A stretch of 55,431 nucleotides of DNA from Candidatus Zhuqueibacterota bacterium (GTDB lineage Bacteria > BS750m-G25): the NCBI GenBank assembly GCA_016783505.1, contig JADHWK010000013.1, positions 1 to 55,431 of the forward strand. The letters are read 5' to 3'. A program made the translations under genes and the position numbers. Position 1 is the stretch's first letter. The number at the start of each line of letters is the position of its first letter. Under the pieces are notes generated by a model. It did not search any database. It was not told the origin of the DNA and worked only from the letters and a program-made list of their open reading frames with translations. This document shows positions 1 to 8,338 of this stretch, piece after piece.

Positions 1-503
1 AACTCAAAAATGCCGAATGGGGACCATTTCCCCATACCAGGATATTCTATCTTAAATTCTACCCCGCCACCCAGGTTCAGCGCCAAATCCCTGGAGGCGG
101 TTTGGGACTTCCGGTCGTCAGTACCATAGGAGGCCTCTACAAGAAAATCTACCTGGGGACCGACTCCGAGGAAGGGGACCAGATCGCCCCTCCCAAAATA
201 GGCCTTTAACATAAGGGGAATAGAAAAGTATCTAAACTGCATAGTTCGATTGTCAAGCAAAGCCCCTTTTGAAAAAACCATGAGGTCCCCCTCAATTTTA
301 AATCTTTCAAAAAGGGGATAATCCACAAAACCCCCACCCACCCAATTATGCAGGGCATCAACCCTTTCACTGGGTTGGGGATCCACCTTCAGGGTGCTCA
401 GGTTCATCCCCCCCTTGACGCCGAACCGAAGGGGATGAGCACCACTCAGACTGACGAAAAGGAAAATGAACACTATAGCGATAGCCAGAGATTTTCTTCC
501 CAT
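1..503 (-). CDS. Outer-membrane beta-barrel / porin family protein (PorT-like OMP), 3' end runs off the window
   Basis: Not in ORF track. Manual translation from ATG 503 (SD GGGGAGG upstream): MGRKSLAIAIVFIFLFVSLSGAHPLRFGVKGGMNLSTL...YFSIPLMLKAYFG...PFLGVGPQVDFL. Signal peptide plus FGVKGG-N and IPL..K / G.GP motifs typical of this family. Frame open to the window edge. Confidence 0.75.
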   Translation of the reverse strand, partial: MGRKSLAIAIVFIFLFVSLSGAHPLRFGVKGGMNLSTLKVDPQPSERVDALHNWVGGGFVDYPLFERFKIEGDLMVFSKGALLDNRTMQFRYFSIPLMLKAYFGRGDLVPFLGVGPQVDFLVEASYGTDDRKSQTASRDLALNLGGGVEFKIEYPGMGKWSPFGIFE

Positions 504-520
504 GTCAAAACCTCCCCATA

Positions 521-3500
521 CTAAATATCAAACCCAAACAGGACACCGAAATAATTTCTCCATTCTCCGCCATATTGTCTTCGTATTTGACGGATATCAC
601 TTTCAAACCGGTCCAGGCCGTAGGCGGACGCCCAGAAGATGGCGGTAGGAAAATTGTAAAAGGAGACCGCCCCCAGCCGCAGCTCCCACCCCCAATCCCT
701 TTTGAAATCACTTTGGATAAAATCCATCAGGCCGCCCTGGGTATGGTTCCAGGCGTTGCCGTAGTCGAAGAAGAAAGCCCCGTAGAGCCTGTCCAGCCGC
801 ATGGACAGAATATTCCATCCCAACTGGGATAAGATGGGAAAGCGATATGTAAGCGATCCCACAACCATCCGCTGCCCCCCAAGGCTAAAGTAGGTGTAGC
901 CCCTCATCCCCGGCAGTCCCCCGGCGTAATAATGGAAAAATTCGTCCACATCACGGTCAATCACCCCCCCCTGAAAACCTAAGGTTAGCGCATGCCTCCC
1001 CAGGGGAAGGGCCAGATGCTCCCGATAGTGAAGATACCACCGGTTGTAGTTGTATTTGTTGTAAACCTCCTGCAGGGTCCCCCACTTGGCATTGATCTCA
1101 AACCCCTCGATGAAGCGGTTGTTCTCCCGGGCGTATTCCAGGGTTAGGTGCCTCCCCCCTCGGGGGTTGATCCAGGAGTCAACCGCCCGTCTGAACTTTT
1201 TATACTCCCACTTTAATGATACGGTAATACCCTTAAAGTAAGTATAAGAAAATTTAACCCCAGGACTTAAGGCCATGCTGCCCTGGTATCGGTTCATAAT
1301 CAGGGCCGCCTGGGCTTCCTGGGTATCGGTGATCTTAAGCCGCCCCCCCAAGTCGAACTCCATCAGGTCGAAGCGGTAGTCAACCGAATAACGATCGTAT
1401 ACGGGTATCCCATCTTCTGTCTCCCCCACAATACGGTACGGATCCTGGAAACTATCGCTTTGGTGACGGACCAGATTATAGGCTTCAAAAAAGAAAGTAG
1501 GATGAAATCTTCGAAATTCGACGATCCCGAACAGATCGTAATCCTGCCGGGCGTTGATGGCGAACCCCCCCAGAAGGGAGAGCTGTTCTAAGAAATCGCT
1601 GGAGTAAAAATAAAGCCCCGGTTTAAAGGTGCGGTAATCAAAGGCGATCCGTGGGGCCAGGAACATCGTCCCAAACAGGGGTTTATAGGAAACCGAAGGC
1701 CGGGGGTCAAACTGACTGTCGTCGTAATCGTTATCTGGAATCAGGGTGGGATAATCCTGAATATATTTGGCACTTTCTTCAGCAACCTTAGCCACCTCCT
1801 CAAGGAAAGAAATTTTATATCCCCCATCTCCATACTCACTGTAAACGAGCTGACCGGTAGGATTGATCGAGGGCATAAACGCCCCCCCGAGGACATTGGT
1901 TACCAGCATAATGGAGCTATCTTGAAGACTTAGATGATATATGTTATAAATTCCCGTCACATCTGAACTATAGAATATCCCCTCTCCGTCAGGGGAGTAA
2001 ACAGGATCCCGTTCGTCCTCCTTCCCTCGCAAAATAAAATGAAATCCCGATCCGTCGGCGTTGATTTCAGCAATATCCCTTCCCGCATCGGTGGCGGTGG
2101 CGAAGATAATTTTTTTTCCGTCGGGAGACCAGCGGGGGTGGTAGACCTGCCGTCCATCGCTAAAATTTGTCAGCACCACCAAATTATCACCATTCAGGTC
2201 AACGACCCCTAAATTGTGGCAGCCGTCTTTATTAATGACAAAAACAACCCTCCGCCCATCGGGGGAAACATCGGGGCTGGAAGCCCTCAAGAAATGGGTG
2301 ATCCGTTCTTCCTTTTGCGTTTCTAAATCGTAAACAAAAATGTCGTCGAAATGGGAACCCGTCCTGTTGACACCCTTCTGCCGGCTGTAGAGAATCCTCT
2401 TCCCGTCGGACGTCCAGGACAGAGAGGATCTGGCCCCTATTCCGGTCTTAACCCTCTTTCCCGTTTCCACATCATAGATGTAGAGAGTCGTCTGGGACAG
2501 ATAATCGTTATTCTTATTGGAAAGGTAGGCGATTTTTTTTTCGTCAGGGGAAAAACGGGGATAAAGGTTAGCATAGCCTCCCTCTTCGATGGGATGACCC
2601 GCCCGGGAGTATGCCCGAATCGCTTCGGTTCGGTTTGCATAAATCCCTTCCAGATGGGTCTTCCACTGATAGTATAACACCTCTCCATCCAACCCGATGA
2701 TTTTCTTCAGGGCCCCATCAAAGGAAAACTGAAAGGGATTGGTCATCTGATGGCAGATCCTCCGAAGGTTCTCTTCCCCGTAGTTCTGAACGATGTAGGT
2801 AACAAGGGAGAACCCTTGATTATAGACCGACTCGTTGCCGAGGCTGTTTTTTCCGAACACCCCCATCTCGTTGTATGACAATAGGGTATGACTCAAAGTC
2901 ATCATTCGCAGGATCATATCCCGGTGGGAATCCCAGTGCTCATAGGGCAACCCGGCGCGCTGGTATTGGGCCATTCCCTCGGCAAACCAGGGGGGAATAA
3001 TCGTCCCGGGCAAGGGATAAGAGATCAAGGTGTTGGGATATCCATAGAGGACATCGGGCCTTTTTTCCTTTTCATAATCAATGTACTGGAGGTAGAGATT
3101 GGGAATGCGTCGGGGTCCTTTTCGGGCTGCTCCCAGGGAAATAATATGGGTATACTCATGGGTGATTACATTCCGCAGCCAATTATGGGTGCCCCGCAGG
3201 TCAAAGTCCATGGCCGTAGCCCAGAGCAGGATCTTGTTGTCGTAATAATAGGCAGCGGCGTTGGAGTAATCGTCGGTATCCTTGATGATGAAGTGGACCT
3301 TGGTGTCCGGTTCATATTGATACAGGGAAGTGATGGACCCATAGACCTCCTCGGCGATCTTGGCCGTCAGATTGGCCGTCCGTTCCGTCCCTTGGTGATA
3401 ATGAACGTAGAAATGCTTTGTCTCAATGGTCCGCCAGTTCAGTTCCGGGTGATTGTAGGCTTCGGGTTGGGCAAGGAGCACCCTTGTTGTTATTAATAAC

Positions 3501-3535
3501 AAAAGTATTGTTAATTTTATAAACCGTTTCATCAC
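521..3535 (-). CDS. Gluzincin-like metallopeptidase + TolB/PD40 beta-propeller + Omp85/BamA-TamA-type barrel fusion protein
   Basis: Signal peptide; HEYTH with downstream WFAEGMAQY; repeated P.(F/W)SPDG PD40 motifs; C-terminal barrel with GGLPGMRGY and FFDYGNAW motifs. Confidence 0.8.
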   Translation of the reverse strand: MMKRFIKLTILLLLITTRVLLAQPEAYNHPELNWRTIETKHFYVHYHQGTERTANLTAKIAEEVYGSITSLYQYEPDTKVHFIIKDTDDYSNAAAYYYDNKILLWATAMDFDLRGTHNWLRNVITHEYTHIISLGAARKGPRRIPNLYLQYIDYEKEKRPDVLYGYPNTLISYPLPGTIIPPWFAEGMAQYQRAGLPYEHWDSHRDMILRMMTLSHTLLSYNEMGVFGKNSLGNESVYNQGFSLVTYIVQNYGEENLRRICHQMTNPFQFSFDGALKKIIGLDGEVLYYQWKTHLEGIYANRTEAIRAYSRAGHPIEEGGYANLYPRFSPDEKKIAYLSNKNNDYLSQTTLYIYDVETGKRVKTGIGARSSLSWTSDGKRILYSRQKGVNRTGSHFDDIFVYDLETQKEERITHFLRASSPDVSPDGRRVVFVINKDGCHNLGVVDLNGDNLVVLTNFSDGRQVYHPRWSPDGKKIIFATATDAGRDIAEINADGSGFHFILRGKEDERDPVYSPDGEGIFYSSDVTGIYNIYHLSLQDSSIMLVTNVLGGAFMPSINPTGQLVYSEYGDGGYKISFLEEVAKVAEESAKYIQDYPTLIPDNDYDDSQFDPRPSVSYKPLFGTMFLAPRIAFDYRTFKPGLYFYSSDFLEQLSLLGGFAINARQDYDLFGIVEFRRFHPTFFFEAYNLVRHQSDSFQDPYRIVGETEDGIPVYDRYSVDYRFDLMEFDLGGRLKITDTQEAQAALIMNRYQGSMALSPGVKFSYTYFKGITVSLKWEYKKFRRAVDSWINPRGGRHLTLEYARENNRFIEGFEINAKWGTLQEVYNKYNYNRWYLHYREHLALPLGRHALTLGFQGGVIDRDVDEFFHYYAGGLPGMRGYTYFSLGGQRMVVGSLTYRFPILSQLGWNILSMRLDRLYGAFFFDYGNAWNHTQGGLMDFIQSDFKRDWGWELRLGAVSFYNFPTAIFWASAYGLDRFESDIRQIRRQYGGEWRNYFGVLFGFDI

Positions 3536-3608
3536 TTAACCTTAAATCTATTTACCTAAAAAAACACGGACGGGAAAAATTAAATTTTTCATAACCACTT
3601 GACTCCCT

Positions 3609-3638
3609 TATTAGCAAAAATGAGCAATAATAAGCAGT
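3609..3638 (-). repeat. Tandem 10-nt repeat array (ACTGCTTATT-ATTGCTCATT-TTTGCTAATA)
   Basis: Read directly; starts 4 nt after the TAG of the GxxExxY remnant; direct copy of the 3787-3816 array. Confidence 0.8.
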
Positions 3639-3642
3639 AAAT

Positions 3643-3786
3643 CTACCCCCTTCTTGCCTCCTGCATCTTTTTAGTAGGTAGCAGATTTTCCCACTGAAGC
3701 TTCACCTGCCCAAAATTCACCAATAGCGCCAGGTCGAGACCAGTCGCCAAAATATACTTCATCACTTGAAACCGATTAACATCCGT
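3643..3786 (-). pseudogene. C-terminal remnant of a GxxExxY (PD-(D/E)XK-like) protein
   Basis: Manual translation TDVNRFQVMKYILATGLDLALLVNFGQVKLQWENLLPTKKMQEARRG* matches the family C-terminal Q..Y..ATG....LL.NFG pattern (compare AQLLIYLRLSGLKVGLILNF in the 25.4 kb copy). The N-terminal two thirds are missing. Confidence 0.7.
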
Positions 3787-3816
3787 AATGAGCAATAATA
3801 AGCAATAATTAGCAGT
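3787..3816 (-). repeat. Tandem 10-nt repeat array (ACTGCTAATT-ATTGCTTATT-ATTGCTCATT)
   Basis: Begins immediately after the TGA (3817-3819) of the M6/FG-GAP gene. Confidence 0.8.
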
Positions 3817-6800
3817 TCATTTCACCACAGCTATTTTTATAAAAGCGATTTTCTTTTTTCCGTTCCCCTTGGCCTCCACCCGGGCCAGGTACACTCCGCT
3901 GGAAACTCCAGAAAGGTCCCAGGGAACTTCATTATCGGCCTGGCCTAATCCCTGACCATCGAACTCATCAATCAGATCCCCGGCTAAGTCAAAGATCTTG
4001 ATGTTCACCGATGCATCATAATTCAGGTAATATCGGATGTTGGTCGAATTCCCCTCCGTAGGGTTGGGCCAGTTATAGACCAGCGAACCGGGCATCAGTT
4101 CTCCCTGGCGATCTGGGGGCGACGGCGTTTCTAAATTAGTGCTGGTATTACGTTTATCGTGCAGGTATTGACCCCAGGGGATATAAGCCGAGGTGTCGCT
4201 TTCCGGTAGGTTCCAGGCGTAAATATAGCCGTCGTCGCAACCGACTACCAGTTCCAGCTGGGGATCATCGTCAATATTGCACAGCATAGGGGTGGAATGA
4301 ACCGGGCCTCCCGTGGTGAGGGGAAAACCATCCACCATCCTCCCATTGTGATGGAAGGCGACAACCTCATTGGCCGGGGTTCCTACAATAATTTCCAGGT
4401 CACCATGGGAATTAATATCGCCAATAATTGGGGAAGACCGTATTTGTCCGACATTTCCACTTTGTTTTACACTAATGGGAAAATTATTTACTAACGTTCC
4501 ATTGCGATTGTAAGCGAAGATATAATTGTCACCGCTGATGATTATGTCTAGGTATCCATCGTCATTAATATCGGCTATAGCCGGAGTGGAACTAAAAGAA
4601 TTACCAGAACTGACAACCCAGCCGTTCGCATTGGTGCCGTCCCCGTCAAAAAGTCCCACTTTCCCTTGATTTCCAACCACCACAAAATCAAAATTCCCAT
4701 CCCCATTAAAGTCGGCAACGGCGGGACAACCTGATATCTTTTCCCCCAGGTCAATCAATTCAATTGGATTCCCAGAAAAATCCCCCACAAAAAATACCTT
4801 GCCATTCTCTAAAGAGATAATAAAGGTAGAGTCAGATTTGAATGGGGCAATGCCCCTGATCGGGGCTTCCAAATGAGCAAAAAATAGGGTATCCTCTCCT
4901 GTATAGTTTATTATATAGAAATCGCCGATAGCATTCCCAATGGCAATCCTGAAGTCAGTGACTACCGGCGATAATTTTATGGGTGAACCAGTGGAATAAC
5001 TGAAAAGGAAGTCTAATAGGTGGTCAAAAGCATATAGAACTCCATCGTCACATCCGATTATGATTTCTAAATTACCGTCTTCATTCAAATCTGCCAAGGC
5101 GGGAGTCGAATGAACACTATCGGGTAAATCCAGCCCATAGCTTGAATTATCCTTGACCACCGTCAACCTTCCCCCCACAGAGCTAATGATGATCTCATTT
5201 AAACCATCCCCATCCAAATCACCGAACTTAGGGGAATTGGTAAAAGTAGGACCAATAAAAAGAGGAAATCCTTCTTGATAAAAATCATTTGTAACTTTGA
5301 AGCTCATAACGGTATCAATAGTGCTGAAGTCAGAAATGATAAGATGGCTGCTGGCCCCGGAATTGGAGCGGCTGTCGGGAACGGAGCGGGGGGAAAATTC
5401 CACTTTACTTAAATTCGGGTTGGCATTCAAAAAGGCCGGGTTGTCTTTAAAAAAAACATCGTAGGGGTTTCCGTATTCGGTCCCGCCGCCCGGGCTGAAC
5501 AGACCGTATTCCTGCCCGATGTCCTCGGAGCCATCGGCCTCTTCTAAGTCCACCCCCCGCCCTTCGGGGTCGGCGTTTACCCGATTTTCGCCCAGTTTAG
5601 AGTGGATAACAGATTCGTCCACATGCCAGATCAAAATTCCTGATCCCGGGATACCCCAATCAAAGCGTTCCACCGATGTAAGAACTCCAGACGTGGAATC
5701 AACCTTTACCAAAGCCCCTAGATGGATCTGGAGAAGATCAAAATAGGAATACCATTTCGAGGAATCTTGATAAAGCTGGTACCGAAGACTGTCTATGCTC
5801 ACCCTGGGGAAGACCTCGTTGGACCGATTTTCCAGCAGAAAATATTCCTGGGAGTTAATGGGAATTTTGTAAATTTCACCCCGTTTGATGGTCAGGATAG
5901 TAGTATCAAAAGCGCTGATCTCAATGGGACTGACCCACCCCATAAAGACCTTTGACCAAGCACAGGGTTCCACCGGGACCAGTCCGTCCAGGGCCCCCGA
6001 TCCCTGGTCCATCAGTCCCCAGCGGCCGATCCCCGAGGCCCCGGTGTCAGAGTTATAAAGATTCGGCAGACCAAGTTGGTGGCCGAACATGAGACACATG
6101 ACTCCGTTAAGACCAAATTCTATCCATTGGGTCTCCCCACTTAGATCTCGGTAAGGTTGATGTTCGCATTCTGGTAAAATAATTCCCCTTTTTACCGAAA
6201 AAGTCCCCTCATCCACCGGAATTCCATTGGAATATTCGGGCCCCAAAACCTGGAAGTCAAGGGAATCAAGGTAGACGGAGGGGATATCAAACGGTGTATC
6301 ATCTTCACCGAAATCTTGACCAACCCCGGCATGAAAAATGATTATGCCCTGATAGTTCGAAAAGACAATTTCAGGACTTACTGTATCCGCCATTGTCACC
6401 GCATCCCGGAACAGCTCGGCTAGTTGGCGGTTCAGGACTTCTTCCCCGGCGTTGTAATTGTAATGCCACATAGGGTGGAAGAGCCGGTAACTGCTGTCAG
6501 TAGAAGATGGAAAAACCTGGTATTGAATATTCAATTGACCATTAGAGACCCGTTCAAAATAATTTTTCAGAAAAAGAAGGTGATCCTCAAAGTATTTTTT
6601 GTCGTGGGGGATGGGATCAATCTGAAGATCATCGGGAAATCTAGAGTTAAAAGTGCCATTCCCGGTGGTCGTTTCCAGGGTATCCTCAGCAAACTCGACT
6701 CGGATGGCCAGCACATTGATTATTCGTTGGGCTTGGTAATCTGGCTTCGGCATTGGGGGGGAGGGCCGCGCCCGCCCTGGAAGAATATGGGGTTTGAAAA

Positions 6801-6918
6801 GGAGCTTCGGGGCCGCCCCAATGGTAGGTTGACCGAGGAAAAAAGAGATTAAAAGGAGGAAATAAAGCTTCCGGATCATTAGATAGCTATTTTTAGAGTA
6901 AACCCTCATCCCGAACAT
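3817..6918 (-). CDS. T9SS cargo protein: immune-inhibitor-A/M6-like protease domain (degenerate), FG-GAP repeats, C-terminal sorting domain
   Basis: IIFHAG, FGHQLGLPNLY, WGLMD.G, EYFLLENR and GILIWHVD M6 motifs; D.N.DG..E/DI FG-GAP repeats; YNWPNP...SGVYL CTD. Likely start is ATG 6879 (MIRKLYFLL). Confidence 0.8.
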   Translation of the reverse strand: MFGMRVYSKNSYLMIRKLYFLLLISFFLGQPTIGAAPKLLFKPHILPGRARPSPPMPKPDYQAQRIINVLAIRVEFAEDTLETTTGNGTFNSRFPDDLQIDPIPHDKKYFEDHLLFLKNYFERVSNGQLNIQYQVFPSSTDSSYRLFHPMWHYNYNAGEEVLNRQLAELFRDAVTMADTVSPEIVFSNYQGIIIFHAGVGQDFGEDDTPFDIPSVYLDSLDFQVLGPEYSNGIPVDEGTFSVKRGIILPECEHQPYRDLSGETQWIEFGLNGVMCLMFGHQLGLPNLYNSDTGASGIGRWGLMDQGSGALDGLVPVEPCAWSKVFMGWVSPIEISAFDTTILTIKRGEIYKIPINSQEYFLLENRSNEVFPRVSIDSLRYQLYQDSSKWYSYFDLLQIHLGALVKVDSTSGVLTSVERFDWGIPGSGILIWHVDESVIHSKLGENRVNADPEGRGVDLEEADGSEDIGQEYGLFSPGGGTEYGNPYDVFFKDNPAFLNANPNLSKVEFSPRSVPDSRSNSGASSHLIISDFSTIDTVMSFKVTNDFYQEGFPLFIGPTFTNSPKFGDLDGDGLNEIIISSVGGRLTVVKDNSSYGLDLPDSVHSTPALADLNEDGNLEIIIGCDDGVLYAFDHLLDFLFSYSTGSPIKLSPVVTDFRIAIGNAIGDFYIINYTGEDTLFFAHLEAPIRGIAPFKSDSTFIISLENGKVFFVGDFSGNPIELIDLGEKISGCPAVADFNGDGNFDFVVVGNQGKVGLFDGDGTNANGWVVSSGNSFSSTPAIADINDDGYLDIIISGDNYIFAYNRNGTLVNNFPISVKQSGNVGQIRSSPIIGDINSHGDLEIIVGTPANEVVAFHHNGRMVDGFPLTTGGPVHSTPMLCNIDDDPQLELVVGCDDGYIYAWNLPESDTSAYIPWGQYLHDKRNTSTNLETPSPPDRQGELMPGSLVYNWPNPTEGNSTNIRYYLNYDASVNIKIFDLAGDLIDEFDGQGLGQADNEVPWDLSGVSSGVYLARVEAKGNGKKKIAFIKIAVVK

Positions 6919-6962
6919 CTAGAACAATGAAGAATGAAAATTTGATTCTATTTTCAGGTGAA

Positions 6963-7034
6963 TTCGTAGAGTGGAGATCCCGAAAATTCGGGAGTGGAGC
7001 GAAAATTTCGCTTTTACGCTTTACGCTCTACGAA
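6963..7034. repeat. Inverted pair of 7-nt repeat arrays (CGTAGAG/CGTAAAG vs GTGGAGA) with an inserted palindrome TCCCGAAAATTCGGGA (6978-6993)
   Basis: Read directly; begins a few nt after the porV stop. Confidence 0.7.
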
Positions 7035-7037
7035 AAA

Positions 7038-8081
7038 TTAGAAACTGAAGGTCAGGGAGAATCTCATGGTGTCAGTTACCGGATGGCCTTGCCCGGCGGT
7101 GAGGTAGCCAAAGTCGAACTTATAATTGGCGTATTTAAGACTGGCCCCGAAGGTAGTGGAAAAAATTTTGCCGTCGGGGTCGTGCCAGTAACCGGCCCGC
7201 AGGCCCACCAGGTCCGAATACCAGTATTCCACCCCCACATTGCTAATGACGTTTTTAGTCAACCATTCCCCGAACCAGGCGGTGACCAGGGCCTGGTAAA
7301 AGGGGTCAGTGCTGCCGTTCTTGTGTCTGACCACCATCAACTTGTTGACATCTGTGGATAGGGTAATTTTATTATATTCCCCATCCAAAAGCTTATAGGC
7401 CAGTCCCATCTTCAGGTTGGTCGGTAGGGGATCGGCCTGGGCTACGTCAATATAGGAGATCTTGGGGCCCATATTGGAGAGGTTAGCCCCGAAACTTAAG
7501 CCCCGGAAGAACAGGTTGCGCCTCAGCAGGCCCACATCAACCGCAAAGCTGGATCCGATACCGCTCCCCCTCTCCTCCCCAGCCCCGATCTCGCTCAAAT
7601 GACTGTAGATAAACTTCAAGTTTACCCCGATGGAAAAGTCCATGGAAAGCATAGAGCTATAGGAACCGGTGATGGCGGCATCATATGAGTGAATGGTCCC
7701 CAGTTCGTTCCCGTGTTCATCGGTATGCATGGTCTCCCCGTAGTTGATAAAGATAACGTTAAGCCCCACCGTGCCTAGCTCCGTTACCTCCTGTCGGTAA
7801 GAGATGAAATCGTAATAAAGGTCGGGCATGTGAAATTGGGGAAGCCAGTTGGAGTGCATCAGGGTCAGCTCAAACCCGCGCTGAAATCCCAATCCGGCCG
7901 GGTTCCACCAGGTGGCGGTGGCGTCGTCGGCCACGGCCACGAAGGCCTCCCCCATCCCCGCCGGCCTGGCCCCGGGGGCGATCAACAGAAAAATTACCCC
8001 AGCCTCGCTTACGGCTTGGGCATCGCGTACCGCCATAAAGGGAATCAGCCCCATTAATATCACAACAACTGCTCTCTTCAT
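7038..8081 (-). CDS. porV: PorV/PorQ-family T9SS outer-membrane protein
   Basis: FLLIAPGARPAGMGEA...A..WNPAGLG N-terminal motif, ADPLPTNL, C-terminal Phe; directly downstream of porU; SD AGGAGG. Confidence 0.85.
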   Translation of the reverse strand: MKRAVVVILMGLIPFMAVRDAQAVSEAGVIFLLIAPGARPAGMGEAFVAVADDATATWWNPAGLGFQRGFELTLMHSNWLPQFHMPDLYYDFISYRQEVTELGTVGLNVIFINYGETMHTDEHGNELGTIHSYDAAITGSYSSMLSMDFSIGVNLKFIYSHLSEIGAGEERGSGIGSSFAVDVGLLRRNLFFRGLSFGANLSNMGPKISYIDVAQADPLPTNLKMGLAYKLLDGEYNKITLSTDVNKLMVVRHKNGSTDPFYQALVTAWFGEWLTKNVISNVGVEYWYSDLVGLRAGYWHDPDGKIFSTTFGASLKYANYKFDFGYLTAGQGHPVTDTMRFSLTFSF

Positions 8082-8093
8082 TAAAGTTCCTCC

Positions 8094-8258
8094 TTAATAA
8101 TCAGAATACAAGTTCACTATAATTGAAACCTTCCCAAGTTCTCCCTTGGGAATCCATGTATGCTCGATCCCAGAATCAACCATCAGCTTTTTAATGACCA
8201 CAGATTTACCGGGTGAGCGTAGATTCTTAATGGCGCAATCAGCAAAGAATATACCTAT
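8094..8258 (-). pseudogene. Truncated clan AA (retropepsin-like) aspartic protease remnant
   Basis: IGIFFADCAIKNLRSPGKSVVIKKLMVDSGIEHTWIP has the VD[ST]G...WIP pattern; the apparent start codon is ATA behind GAGGGG; similarity stops after about 46 aa. Confidence 0.55.
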
Positions 8259-8299
8259 GAGAATATTCCCCTCTGCAGTAAAAGATTTTCCCAATTAAA

Positions 8300-8331
8300 G
8301 TATTCCATTCTTCCATCCTTCCAATCATCCA
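8300..8331 (-). repeat. Tandem 8-nt repeat array (TGGATGAT-TGGAAGGA-TGGAAGAA-TGGAATAC)
   Basis: Starts 7 nt after the porU stop. Confidence 0.75.
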
Positions 8332-8338
8332 GCATTAT

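Noticed and set aside
612-629. TCCGCCTACGGCCTGGA-like sequence resembling the palindromic insert
   Set aside because: Imperfect, and encodes in-frame barrel residues (ASAYGLD) with no sign of insertion.
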